A DNA stretch of 64,000 nt, taken from the NCBI RefSeq assembly GCF_000169175.1, contig NZ_AAWS01000006.1:135192-199191 (forward strand), in the 5' to 3' direction. Position 1 is the first letter of the stretch. Each line of letters starts with the position of its first letter. The notes under the pieces are model-generated. The model saw only the letters and a list, made by a program, of their open reading frames with translations, had not been told where the DNA came from and did no database searches. The position numbers were made by a program, and so were the translations under genes. Below are positions 40,710-50,700 of the stretch, in pieces. This stretch comes from Microscilla marina ATCC 23134 (GTDB taxonomy: Bacteria; Bacteroidota; Bacteroidia; Cytophagales; Microscillaceae).

Positions 40710-40928
40710 ATGCCTGAATTTAAAACCCTCCACGACGCCTTTGAATGGTTTCTTGAAAACGTGTATCCTCAACTTTCTTCTGAACAAAAAAGGCGATTAA
40801 AAGACGTAAGGTACGATTTCTATGCAGAAGGTAGGAAAGTATCAGTTAACCGTATGAATAGGTTTTTGCATGAATTTAGTGATTTTGAAAATATTTTCCG
40901 TGTGAATAACAAAAAACAAAAGTCGTAG
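40710..40928 (+). CDS. Small hypothetical protein (72 aa from the internal ATG)
   Basis: MPEFKTLHDAFEWFLENVYPQ... Low confidence. Confidence 0.3.
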   Translation: MPEFKTLHDAFEWFLENVYPQLSSEQKRRLKDVRYDFYAEGRKVSVNRMNRFLHEFSDFENIFRVNNKKQKS

Positions 40929-41049
40929 ATTTTTAAAATAAACGATTTTTCACTATCTTTGATCGTCTTTGAAAAACAAAGATGCCCCTGAGGTGTTAGA
41001 TTTGACCGTCTTACCCCAGAGGCTTTGCTAAATATAAAAACTTAACAGT

Positions 41050-41310
41050 ATGCAAGGTACTAATTTCTTTGAGGTTGCCCAAAGCCCTTATTCGCTTGAT
41101 TGGTTTGAGCAAGGCATTCGTGCTCGTTTAGAGCATCTCTCATTATCGGCAGACACACCATTAGAACATTATAGCCAAACTGGGCAAAGCTTAAGCCCTG
41201 ATAATATCGAAAAAATGATTAGTCATTTGGAGTTGCGTATGTTAGAAATGAGCTATTTGATAAACGAATTAAAATTGTTGCAAAAGCTTAAGACTGATGT
41301 GTTGCCTTAG
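41050..41310 (+). CDS. Small hypothetical protein, 86 aa
   Basis: ORF only. Confidence 0.3.
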   Translation: MQGTNFFEVAQSPYSLDWFEQGIRARLEHLSLSADTPLEHYSQTGQSLSPDNIEKMISHLELRMLEMSYLINELKLLQKLKTDVLP

Positions 41311-41547
41311 TTTTATAAAAATACTTACTTCATTGCCTTACCTCAGCGTTTTGGGTAGGGCAATTTAGCCTACTTTTGTGCCCCAATATTGCCTCTGAAG
41401 TCAACACTTTTAAAAAAAATAAACCCTCTCCTGCTTTTTAATTTAAAAAGTGTAAATTAGTATTGAGTTTTAATTAGGTAAGGTATAGTTAACAAGATTA
41501 CCTATACTCAGTCAGATTGATTATTAATATTGAATTGAACACACAAA

Positions 41548-44304
41548 ATGGATAAATTTTCTTATATCGGAAACGCTGATGTGGCTTATGTAGAAGAGCT
41601 GTACCAGCAATATAAAAACGACCCCGAATCGGTTGACAGTACCTGGCAATATTTCTTTAAAGGATTTGACTTTTCGGTAGAGCAATATGGAGAACCAGGT
41701 GAAAACACCAACGGACAAAACGGGGCTGCTTCTACAACCAAAGGTAAAGCTTCTAAAACCGATATAGAGAAAGAAATCAGCGTTCGTGAGTTGATCTCGG
41801 CTTACCGTTCGCGTGCCCATCTTTTGTCTACAACCAACCCAGTAAGACCACGCCGCGACCGTCGGGCTCGGCTCGAACTCAAAGATTTTGGTTTGACCGA
41901 TGCCGACCTTAATACTACCTTTGAGGCAGGACGTACTATTTTTGATCGCCCAGCTACTTTGAAAGAAATCACTGACGCCCTTAAGCATATTTATGAGCGC
42001 ACCATTGGTTTTGAGTATGCCTATATTCGTGAGCCAGAAGTACTGGAGTGGTTCAAACAAAAAATTGAGAGCGAGTCGCTCAACTTCAATCCTTCGTCTG
42101 ACTACAAAAAAAGAATTTTATCTAAACTCAATGAGGCAGTAGCCTTTGAGAATTTTTTACATACCAAATACATTGGACAAAAACGCTTCTCAATAGAAGG
42201 AGGCGAAAGCACTATTCCAGCCTTAGACGCGGTGATTAACCGTAGTGCAGAGCTAGGAGTAAAAGAAGTAGTAATAGGTATGGCACACCGGGGGCGTCTC
42301 AACGTGTTGGTAAACATTATGGGTAAAACCTATGAAGATGTTTTCAACGAGTTTGAAGGCGAAATGCCCGAAGAAGCAATGGGAGATGGTGATGTAAAAT
42401 ATCACTTGGGTTTTGCTACCGAAATAGACACTCCTGAAGGGCACAGGGTAAATTTACAATTAGCTCCTAACCCTTCACACCTTGAGGCGGTAGATCCCTT
42501 GGTAGAAGGATACGTACGTGCCAAGTGTGACCGTATGTATGATGGTAATGTAGATCGAATATTGCCTGTTTTGATTCACGGAGATGCGGCGATTGCCGGA
42601 CAGGGTTTGGTATATGAAATTACCCAAATGTCGAAACTGGAAGGCTACCATACCGGAGGAACTATTCATTTTGTAATCAACAACCAAGTAGGTTTTACTA
42701 CCAATTTTGAAGATGCCCGTTCTAGTATTTACTGTACCGACGTGGCAAAAATGACTGACTCACCTGTATTGCACGTAAACGGTGATGATCCTGAGGCAGT
42801 AGTATTTTGCTGTAGGTTGGCAGCTGAGTTTCGTGAGAAATTTAACCGCGATATTTTCATCGACTTGGTGTGTTACCGTAAACATGGGCACAACGAAAGT
42901 GATGAACCTAAATTTACCCAGCCTGCGTTGTACAAGCTGATCTCTAAGCACCCCAATCCACGTGAACTATACTTGAGTCGTCTCAAAGAAAGTGGTGACT
43001 TGGACGCAAGTATTGCCAAAGAAATGGAGCAGGAGTTTAAGCAAATGTTACAGGACAGGCTCAATATGGTTAAGCAAAAAGCCGTTGCATATAAATTACA
43101 ACCTGTAGAGAAAGAATGGGAAGAGTTGCGTTGGTCTACTCCTACCGACTTTGATAGGGTATACGATACCAAAATCACGGCTGATATGGTGGATAAAATA
43201 GGGAAGGCATTGACCTTTTTGCCAAAAGGTTTCAAACCTATTCGCCAGATAGAAAAATTGCTCGAAAAACGCAAAGACATGTTCTTTGGCAGTAAAATAC
43301 TTGATTGGGCTTCTGCCGAATTGCTGGCGTATGGGTCTATACTTGCTGAAGGTAAGATTGTACGCTTTAGTGGACAAGACGTAAAACGAGGTACTTTTTC
43401 GCACCGCCACGCTGTATTGCATGATGCCAATACCAGTGAACCTTTCTATAGCCTTGATTATATTCAAGAAGGGCAAGAGAAAATGCGCATCTACAACTCA
43501 CTATTGTCTGAATATGGCGTACTAGGTTTTGAGTTTGGCTATGCGATGGCAAACCCTCACGCTCTTACCATTTGGGAAGCCCAATTTGGAGATTTTGCCA
43601 ATGGTGCACAAATTATCATAGATCAGTTCATTACTGCTGTGGAGTCTAAATGGCAAAAAATGAATGGCTTGGTTATGTTGTTGCCGCACGGTTATGAAGG
43701 GCAAGGACCTGAACACTCAAGTGCCCGACTAGAGCGTTTTTTGCAAATGTCAGCAGAGTACAACATTATTGTGGCTAACTTGACTACCCCTGCCAACCTT
43801 TTCCATATTTTACGACGTCAGTTGGCTTGGGAATTCCGCAAGCCGTTGGTGATTATGTCACCTAAGTCGTTATTGCGTGACAAGAAAGTAGTGTCCTCTG
43901 TAGCTGAGTTTACCGATGGGCAGTTTCATGAAGTCATAGGTGATGACTATGTAGAGGCTAAAAAGGTGAAAAAAGTATTGTTGTGTACTGGTAAAATCTA
44001 TTACGACTTGCTTAAAAAGCAACAAGACGATAAGCGCAAAGATGTAGCAATTATTCGTGTAGAACAATTGCACCCATTCCCTACTAAGTCTATCCACTTA
44101 AAATTGGGTAAATATGTCAATGCCAAAACGTATTGGGTGCAGGAAGAACCAGTAAATATGGGTGCCTGGAGTTACATTCAGCGAGTATATCGTTATGACC
44201 AAATAGAGGTCATCGCTCGTAAGTCAAGTGCTTCACCTGCCACTGGTTATCACACAGTACATAGCCAAGAGCAAGCGACTATTATAGAGGCTGCTTTTAA
44301 GTAA
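41548..44304 (+). CDS. sucA: 2-oxoglutarate dehydrogenase E1 component
   Basis: MDKFSYIGNADVAYVEELYQQYKNDPESVDSTW N-terminus. ThDP-dependent E1o architecture, 918 aa. Confidence 0.92.
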   Translation: MDKFSYIGNADVAYVEELYQQYKNDPESVDSTWQYFFKGFDFSVEQYGEPGENTNGQNGAASTTKGKASKTDIEKEISVRELISAYRSRAHLLSTTNPVRPRRDRRARLELKDFGLTDADLNTTFEAGRTIFDRPATLKEITDALKHIYERTIGFEYAYIREPEVLEWFKQKIESESLNFNPSSDYKKRILSKLNEAVAFENFLHTKYIGQKRFSIEGGESTIPALDAVINRSAELGVKEVVIGMAHRGRLNVLVNIMGKTYEDVFNEFEGEMPEEAMGDGDVKYHLGFATEIDTPEGHRVNLQLAPNPSHLEAVDPLVEGYVRAKCDRMYDGNVDRILPVLIHGDAAIAGQGLVYEITQMSKLEGYHTGGTIHFVINNQVGFTTNFEDARSSIYCTDVAKMTDSPVLHVNGDDPEAVVFCCRLAAEFREKFNRDIFIDLVCYRKHGHNESDEPKFTQPALYKLISKHPNPRELYLSRLKESGDLDASIAKEMEQEFKQMLQDRLNMVKQKAVAYKLQPVEKEWEELRWSTPTDFDRVYDTKITADMVDKIGKALTFLPKGFKPIRQIEKLLEKRKDMFFGSKILDWASAELLAYGSILAEGKIVRFSGQDVKRGTFSHRHAVLHDANTSEPFYSLDYIQEGQEKMRIYNSLLSEYGVLGFEFGYAMANPHALTIWEAQFGDFANGAQIIIDQFITAVESKWQKMNGLVMLLPHGYEGQGPEHSSARLERFLQMSAEYNIIVANLTTPANLFHILRRQLAWEFRKPLVIMSPKSLLRDKKVVSSVAEFTDGQFHEVIGDDYVEAKKVKKVLLCTGKIYYDLLKKQQDDKRKDVAIIRVEQLHPFPTKSIHLKLGKYVNAKTYWVQEEPVNMGAWSYIQRVYRYDQIEVIARKSSASPATGYHTVHSQEQATIIEAAFK

Positions 44305-44331
44305 GAAAAGATAGTATTTATAAAATAAACA

Positions 44332-44366
44332 AAACCCCATTTGATTGTATATTGAGTGGGGTTTTA
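44332..44366. terminator. Hairpin between convergent sucA and the sensor phosphatase gene
   Basis: aaaaccccatttgattgtatattgagtggggtttt. Confidence 0.5.
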
Positions 44367-47300
44367 TAATTTTATCCCTACCACCAAAATGTCATCTCTT
44401 TGACTTGTTTGGTGCATATATTCATCCAGGTTTTCTTCTAGCACTCGTTGTTGTTCGGACATTGGTTTCAAAGCCTGCGAAGCCAGGAGTTTTTTGAGTT
44501 TTTGTGAGCCAAAACTTTTTCTGGCTACATTGTTCTGATCACTATACCCGTCAGTGGTCAAAAATATTAAATCATTTTTGTGTAAGGTAAGTGTGTGCTC
44601 TTCAAAAACCTGATGGTTTCTGGGAACTATGCCAATAGAAATTCTACTACCTTTGACTTCACCAAACTCTTGACTATCACTTTTAATGTAATACATAGGG
44701 CGTTTGGCACCACCAAAAACAACCTTTACAGTGCCATCAGGCAAGTATTGAATATTGCACAGCGCCATGTCCATTCCTGATTGATTACCCGTTTTTTCTC
44801 GTTGTAGGGCGTGCTTTAACTCAGATTTTAGTGTTTCTAATATTTGGGCAGGTTGAATAATATTTTTTTGGTGTACAATCTCATTCAGCAAAGTATAACT
44901 CATCATACTCATAAAAGCTCCTGGCACCCCGTGTCCGGTACAATCTATAGCGGCTACTAGCCTTATATCCTTGCCATCTTTAGTTTTATCTGCCCAATAA
45001 AAATCTCCCGATACGATGTCACGTGGACGAAAAAGCACAAAATAGTTTTTAAATATTCCTTGCATTCTGTCATTAAAAGGCAAAATAGCATCTTGAATAA
45101 GCTTGGCTGCCTCTATACTCTTTTTTACCTGAAGGTTTTTCTGATAAAGCTGTTGGTTTTTTTTTTCAATAAAGTCACGTTGAGCGGTAATTTCTTCGTG
45201 TTGTTGCTGGAGCTCTTCGTGTTGTACCATAATCTCTTCTTGTTTATGCTGAAGCTCAACAGTACGTTGTTGCACCTTTTTTTCAAGGCTGGCTTTTTGT
45301 TTAAGCAACCGACTTGCATTGATGCGTAAAACGATTAATACAAATAATATTGCACATACCACATACAAGGTATAAGCCCACCAAGTGCGGTGCCAGGGAG
45401 GGTAAACCTTGAACTCGAAACGTGCCAACTTGCTTAGGTCACCATGCGCATTTTTAGCCCTTACTTCAAAAACATAATTACCTTCGGGCAAATTGGTATA
45501 ATTAGTATTGCGTTCTATGCTCCATTTAGACCATTTTTCTTGAAAACCTTTTAACCTGAACTGATACTGGTTTTGGTTGCTATGTTCATAAAACAAAGAA
45601 GCGTAATCAAACCTAAGCGTGTTGAACTGATAATCAAGAGAGACAGAATGTAGGCTGTTTTCAGTAAAAAGAAGAGAATCATTATTAATGAATACTTTCC
45701 TGATAATGGTTTGATAAGTGTTGGGAGGACTCTTTTTCCATTGGTCATCATATAATATCATAGTTTGGTCTTTGGCTATTGCCACCCGTCCGTCTGTTAA
45801 CTCTATGATAGCTTCACTATCAAGTGAAGTTTGTATAGCTCTGAAAGGTTTTTCTACGAGTGTATATCCGTTGTTAGAGGTTGCTTTTAGCATGGCCAAC
45901 TCGACTTTATCAGGTTTTTTTATCTGGATAAATAAATTCCCCTTTCTTGTTTCATATATGTAATATACTTGTTTGCCTTTGGTGTAAGCATGTAAAATAG
46001 GGTGAGGATGAAAACGTTTTTTTGCCCGGTCAAATGCATATATGCCATCTGTTGTACCAAAAATTAGCTGACCGTTTTTTAAGCGAAACACTATATTGGC
46101 TGCAGTAGAAGGTAAGCCATCCTTGGCTGTATATACTACTTGCTTTACCACACTATCTTTTGCGGCATTGAGCCATACCCTAAAAATACCTAACTGGAAA
46201 TCGTGAATCCATAAACTTTCATCTTTATCTTCTATAATAGAGTATATTTTTGCCGTTACTTTTTCGCCTTTTACTTTTTTCTTTATCCATTTCCCTTTTT
46301 TCTGAGCCATCAAAAATAATCCCTGGTTATAAGTACCTATCATCAGTTTAGAAGGGGCGTTTTTTAGTGCTACAAGTGTTTGTGTATAAGCTTGATCTAC
46401 AATCCTTTCAGGCTTTCCATTTTTCATTTCATAAATAGTACCGGTATGTGCCACATAAAACCTGCCTTGGTGTTCCAAAAAGTCCCATACTCCATCTTTG
46501 ATTCCTTTTACTTCTTCAAAACGACCTTGTTTGTTCAAGAATGAAAGCCCATTCATAGTACCCACATAGAGCCTTTGGTTATGATAGGTCATCCTTAGAA
46601 TTTGCCCGGAAAAGCCGTGCCTTTTGTCCCAATAGGTAAAAGAGCTATTATTATGGATTTGCCCAATTCCTTTTTCACCCAAGGTCCATATATTACCTTC
46701 TTTATCAAAATCAAAATTGTAGATTAAAAGGGTGGGAGTATCTCGATTAGAAGCAATAAAACGTTGAATTTTACCATCTTTGCCTAATACATACAATCCT
46801 TTGTTTTTGATGGTAAGCGCAATAGAGCCATTGTTCAGCACCTTGAAATAATAAATAACAAAAGTCGTGTTTAATTTGGCAAAAACATTGTCGAGTTCAG
46901 TTGTAAAAGCTTCTTCTCTCTGAAATTTGCCGTTTTTTAGGTATAACCAACGCATTTGATGAGTTTTGGCATCAAACGCAAGCAAAGTGTCTTGGCTATA
47001 GTTTATTATACGCCATATATCAGGCAGGTTTTTTACTCCTTGAAGGAGGTTAGTTTTTACTAGTTTTTTTCCATTCCAAGCAAATAAATCACTTCCAGCT
47101 TGTGCATATATATTATTGTTAAAATGAAAGACTTGTTTGCCTTTTTTAGCAATGGGGGCAAATTGTCCCTTATTATAAATTGTTGAATCATCAGGATCTA
47201 CATAAGTAAACTTGCCATTTTGATAAATCAATGCTTTTTTAAACCAATCTATAAAAGCAACGCCTTTGTCCAGAGGTAAAATAGTTCGAATCGTTTTAAA

Positions 47301-47669
47301 TTTTCTCTGTTCTTTAGGAATAGATGGAATCAAGGATACATATTTGCGGTTTTGTCCGGTAGAGTCGTACCCCAAATAGCCTAATTCATTGTTGGAGCCC
47401 ACAAATAGGGTGTCTTGGTAATAACCAATAGCAAAGACAAAACCTTTATTCTTTATTGGGAATTTACGCCATTCTTTACCATCATATTGTAGAATTCCAA
47501 AGTTATCGCCCACATACACCATGCCTGTTTTATCTTGCGTCAACGCCCAACTCTGGTATCCTCCTTTATAGTCTTTAGGTAGGTGTTTGGTCACGTAGGG
47601 AGTTTGCGCCTGAGAGACAGTAGCGGCATAAACAAGTAAAACATTGATAATTAAGAACAGTTTCATCAT
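44364..47669 (-). CDS. Sensor protein: signal peptide, two-component-regulator propeller (Reg_prop) beta-propellers, Y_Y_Y domain, TM helix, coiled coil, C-terminal SpoIIE/PP2C-family Ser/Thr phosphatase
   Basis: Y_Y_Y region FRLKGFQEKWSKW...YVFEVRAKNAHG; TM WWAYTLYVVCAILFVLIVL; phosphatase GDFYWADK...AAIDCTGHGVPGAFMSMM...TTDGYSDQ...QRDDILVVGIKL. Confidence 0.8.
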   Translation of the reverse strand: MMKLFLIINVLLVYAATVSQAQTPYVTKHLPKDYKGGYQSWALTQDKTGMVYVGDNFGILQYDGKEWRKFPIKNKGFVFAIGYYQDTLFVGSNNELGYLGYDSTGQNRKYVSLIPSIPKEQRKFKTIRTILPLDKGVAFIDWFKKALIYQNGKFTYVDPDDSTIYNKGQFAPIAKKGKQVFHFNNNIYAQAGSDLFAWNGKKLVKTNLLQGVKNLPDIWRIINYSQDTLLAFDAKTHQMRWLYLKNGKFQREEAFTTELDNVFAKLNTTFVIYYFKVLNNGSIALTIKNKGLYVLGKDGKIQRFIASNRDTPTLLIYNFDFDKEGNIWTLGEKGIGQIHNNSSFTYWDKRHGFSGQILRMTYHNQRLYVGTMNGLSFLNKQGRFEEVKGIKDGVWDFLEHQGRFYVAHTGTIYEMKNGKPERIVDQAYTQTLVALKNAPSKLMIGTYNQGLFLMAQKKGKWIKKKVKGEKVTAKIYSIIEDKDESLWIHDFQLGIFRVWLNAAKDSVVKQVVYTAKDGLPSTAANIVFRLKNGQLIFGTTDGIYAFDRAKKRFHPHPILHAYTKGKQVYYIYETRKGNLFIQIKKPDKVELAMLKATSNNGYTLVEKPFRAIQTSLDSEAIIELTDGRVAIAKDQTMILYDDQWKKSPPNTYQTIIRKVFINNDSLLFTENSLHSVSLDYQFNTLRFDYASLFYEHSNQNQYQFRLKGFQEKWSKWSIERNTNYTNLPEGNYVFEVRAKNAHGDLSKLARFEFKVYPPWHRTWWAYTLYVVCAILFVLIVLRINASRLLKQKASLEKKVQQRTVELQHKQEEIMVQHEELQQQHEEITAQRDFIEKKNQQLYQKNLQVKKSIEAAKLIQDAILPFNDRMQGIFKNYFVLFRPRDIVSGDFYWADKTKDGKDIRLVAAIDCTGHGVPGAFMSMMSYTLLNEIVHQKNIIQPAQILETLKSELKHALQREKTGNQSGMDMALCNIQYLPDGTVKVVFGGAKRPMYYIKSDSQEFGEVKGSRISIGIVPRNHQVFEEHTLTLHKNDLIFLTTDGYSDQNNVARKSFGSQKLKKLLASQALKPMSEQQRVLEENLDEYMHQTSQRDDILVVGIKL

Positions 47670-47776
47670 AGTGCATATAGTATAGTCGTGTAAGCCAAAG
47701 AGAGCCCTTGGCGTGAGTTATAGTTAATTTTATAACAAAGCAGCTGCCTTGCAAAGTACACAACAGGTAAGGAGTG

Positions 47777-50700
47777 CTATAGCTGAATGCCCAATATTAC
47801 AATATCATCGCGTTGGTCTGCCTCTTCTTGGTATTCAGTTTTGGCTTTCAACAACCGCGTACGTTGTACATTTAATGGTTCATGCATGATTTCTTCTAAC
47901 AACGTAATGAATTGCTTGGTTCCAAAAGATTTACGGTTGTTATTAGGTGTATCTACAAATCCATCACTACTCAAATAAAGTATATCAGTGCGTTTGAGTT
48001 GAACCGTGTGATTCTCTAACTCTTGGGCTATTTGCTTAGGTATCCAACCACCAATAAAAAAACGATTTCTTTGGATTTGATGCAACTTTTTTTGATGTGT
48101 ATAATACAACGGACGTTTGGCGTTACTGTATATTAGCTCTACCTTGTCCGAATCATCTATATATTGCACCCTACACAAGCATATATCCATGCCATCATTA
48201 TTATCTGATTCTTTCTGATGCAAACCCTTACGAATGCCCTCTTGTATTTTAGATATGATCTTTTTGGGATCAAAAACCTTCTTTTCATTGACTATTTCGC
48301 TCAATAATCTACTGCCTATCATGCTCATAAAAGCCCCTGGTACTCCGTGTCCGGTGCAGTCTACAGCTGCCACAAAACTATATACTTCAAAAGAAGGGAT
48401 ATCATCAATTATGACACGTTTCTTTACATGGCTCATCCAATAAAAGTCGCCAGAAACAATGTCTTTGGGTTCGTAGATGATAAAATGATCAGTAAAAACT
48501 TTTTCAAAGCTTTTGCTGCTGGGCAAAATGGCTGCTTGGATTTTTTGTGCATAACGGATACTGGCTGTAATTTCTTGGTTTTGGGTTTCTATTTTAAACT
48601 TTTGTAACTCTATTTTAGTATAACTATCCGTATTTTGTAATGCTATGGTAATATATACTGCAAGGTTACGTAACAAGTTGAGGTGATAATTTGTATATAC
48701 GTTACTTTGCAAACTTTGTACACTTACCAAGCCAATTACTTCTTGTTCGACAATAAGTGGTATACAAATGAAAGCATTTAACAGTTCATCTTGTCGATAA
48801 CTGTCCAACGACTCCACATAATTGTGATACTCTTTGTACACGTCATTCACTATAATTTCTTTTTGGCGAAGTACACACAGCACTCCAAACCTGTTTTCAT
48901 CGGTAGCAGGTACTGTCAGTTGGGGCATTTTCTCGCCTAAATGTATATAGTCGTTAAAAGTAATCGTGTGTGCTTTTGGATCATATAAGCCTATCCCAAA
49001 CTCTGCAACATCCATCAAGTTATTTACATTATTATACACAGTCTCTACTATCTGGCTTAACGATAGTTTTGAAGTGATTTCTTGCCCTATTTCACTCAAT
49101 AGTTTTACATTCTGATAAGCTTGCTCTATTTCATCACTTTTACTTACCAATTCATTGTTGACTGTTTTCAGGATTTCAGCTTGTATCTGTATTTCTTCTT
49201 TTTGTTGTTCCAGTGCCGAATTTTTATGTTCAATAGCAGTATTGGCTTCTTTGAGGTTTTCAGCTTGTATCTGTATCTCTTCTTTTTGTTGCTCAAGTTC
49301 TGAGTTTTTTAGCAAGATTTCATCGTTCTTATGGCGAATCTCTGCAGTACGGGCTTCCACTGTTTTTTCCAGTTTATCTTTTTGTTGCTCCAACCTTCGA
49401 GTATATAGTTTGATGGTAACACCTATCAATATGATGCTCACGAATGTATACCCTGTATAAGCCCAAATGGTACGGTGCCAGGGAGGGAGTATTTGGAAAC
49501 TGTAGGTAAACACTGGGCTTTTTTCTTGGTATAGGTTACGGGTTTGAATGTGCAATATATAACTCCCTTCTCTTAAGTTGGTATATTCTTTATAAGTCTC
49601 CTTAGTCCATGGCGACCACTCTTTGTCTAGTCCTGCCAGGCGGTAACGAAACTCGTTTTTGTGGTTATCAGCATAAAAGGTACTGCTTACATTAAACCTA
49701 AAACTATTATAAGTGTATTTAAATATGGGGTACTGATACTCCTGTTTGGGCAGGCTTGTCATTTGCCCCTGTGCATTGGCGAAGGTACCTCCAAATATTA
49801 TAGAATCTTTTGCACCAGTAAGAGATATTTCGCGTAACAATACTTTGAAAGGTTGTTTTATACGGGGTTTTTGAGGGGCATAATGAATCACCCCTTCCTT
49901 GGTGGCAAACAATACATTTTTGTCATCTATTGGGTTCAAATGGGGGGCAAGTTTTTCTATAAACGAGCCACGCAATTTTCTGAAAGGATTGGTTATTTTT
50001 TTGTAGCTACCATTGGCTTGTTTTTGTAGCAAACCCACTTCCAGGTATTTGTCTTTTGCCTCTTTATGCGCCACATACCAAATTCCTTGTTGGGCGTCGT
50101 TGCGTAGATAAACCAACATTTTGTGATCACCAATTAACTTGTTTAACTTGGTTTCTCTCACCATTTTGTCTTGGGTTTCATCATATAAGTATACCCCATT
50201 TTCGGTAGCAAACATGTTTTCACCATTTACTTTAAACAAACGGTTATAGGTATTGGCAGGGAGTCCCTTGGTTTTGTCATAAAACTTAATATTTACTATA
50301 CTATCAAGTGGTGTATTAAGCGTGAGTTTATAGATACCGTGTTGGTCACTACTTACCCAGACAGTACCTGCTTTTCCTTCTTGTATATAACGCGAGTTTT
50401 TTGAAAATCCCTTGATCACGTTTTTTACCTGCCATTGTTTGTCTTTCCACTCCAGTAAAATCAACCCCCTTTTACCGCCAGCCATCAACAAGTTAGGCTG
50501 CTTGTTCAAAGAGATTATAGTCCACATATTACCATTCGTCTTTTTCAAGGCTTGAACTTTGACGGGTTTTTGGAGAGTATTAAACTTTAAAATACCTGGA
50601 TTGAAGGCGGCCAAGAGTTGGTTTTTGAAAGTTTTAAATTGCCACGTTTGATTCACCAAATTCGGAATGGTTTTAAAGCGAATCGAGTCTTTCAAAGGGT

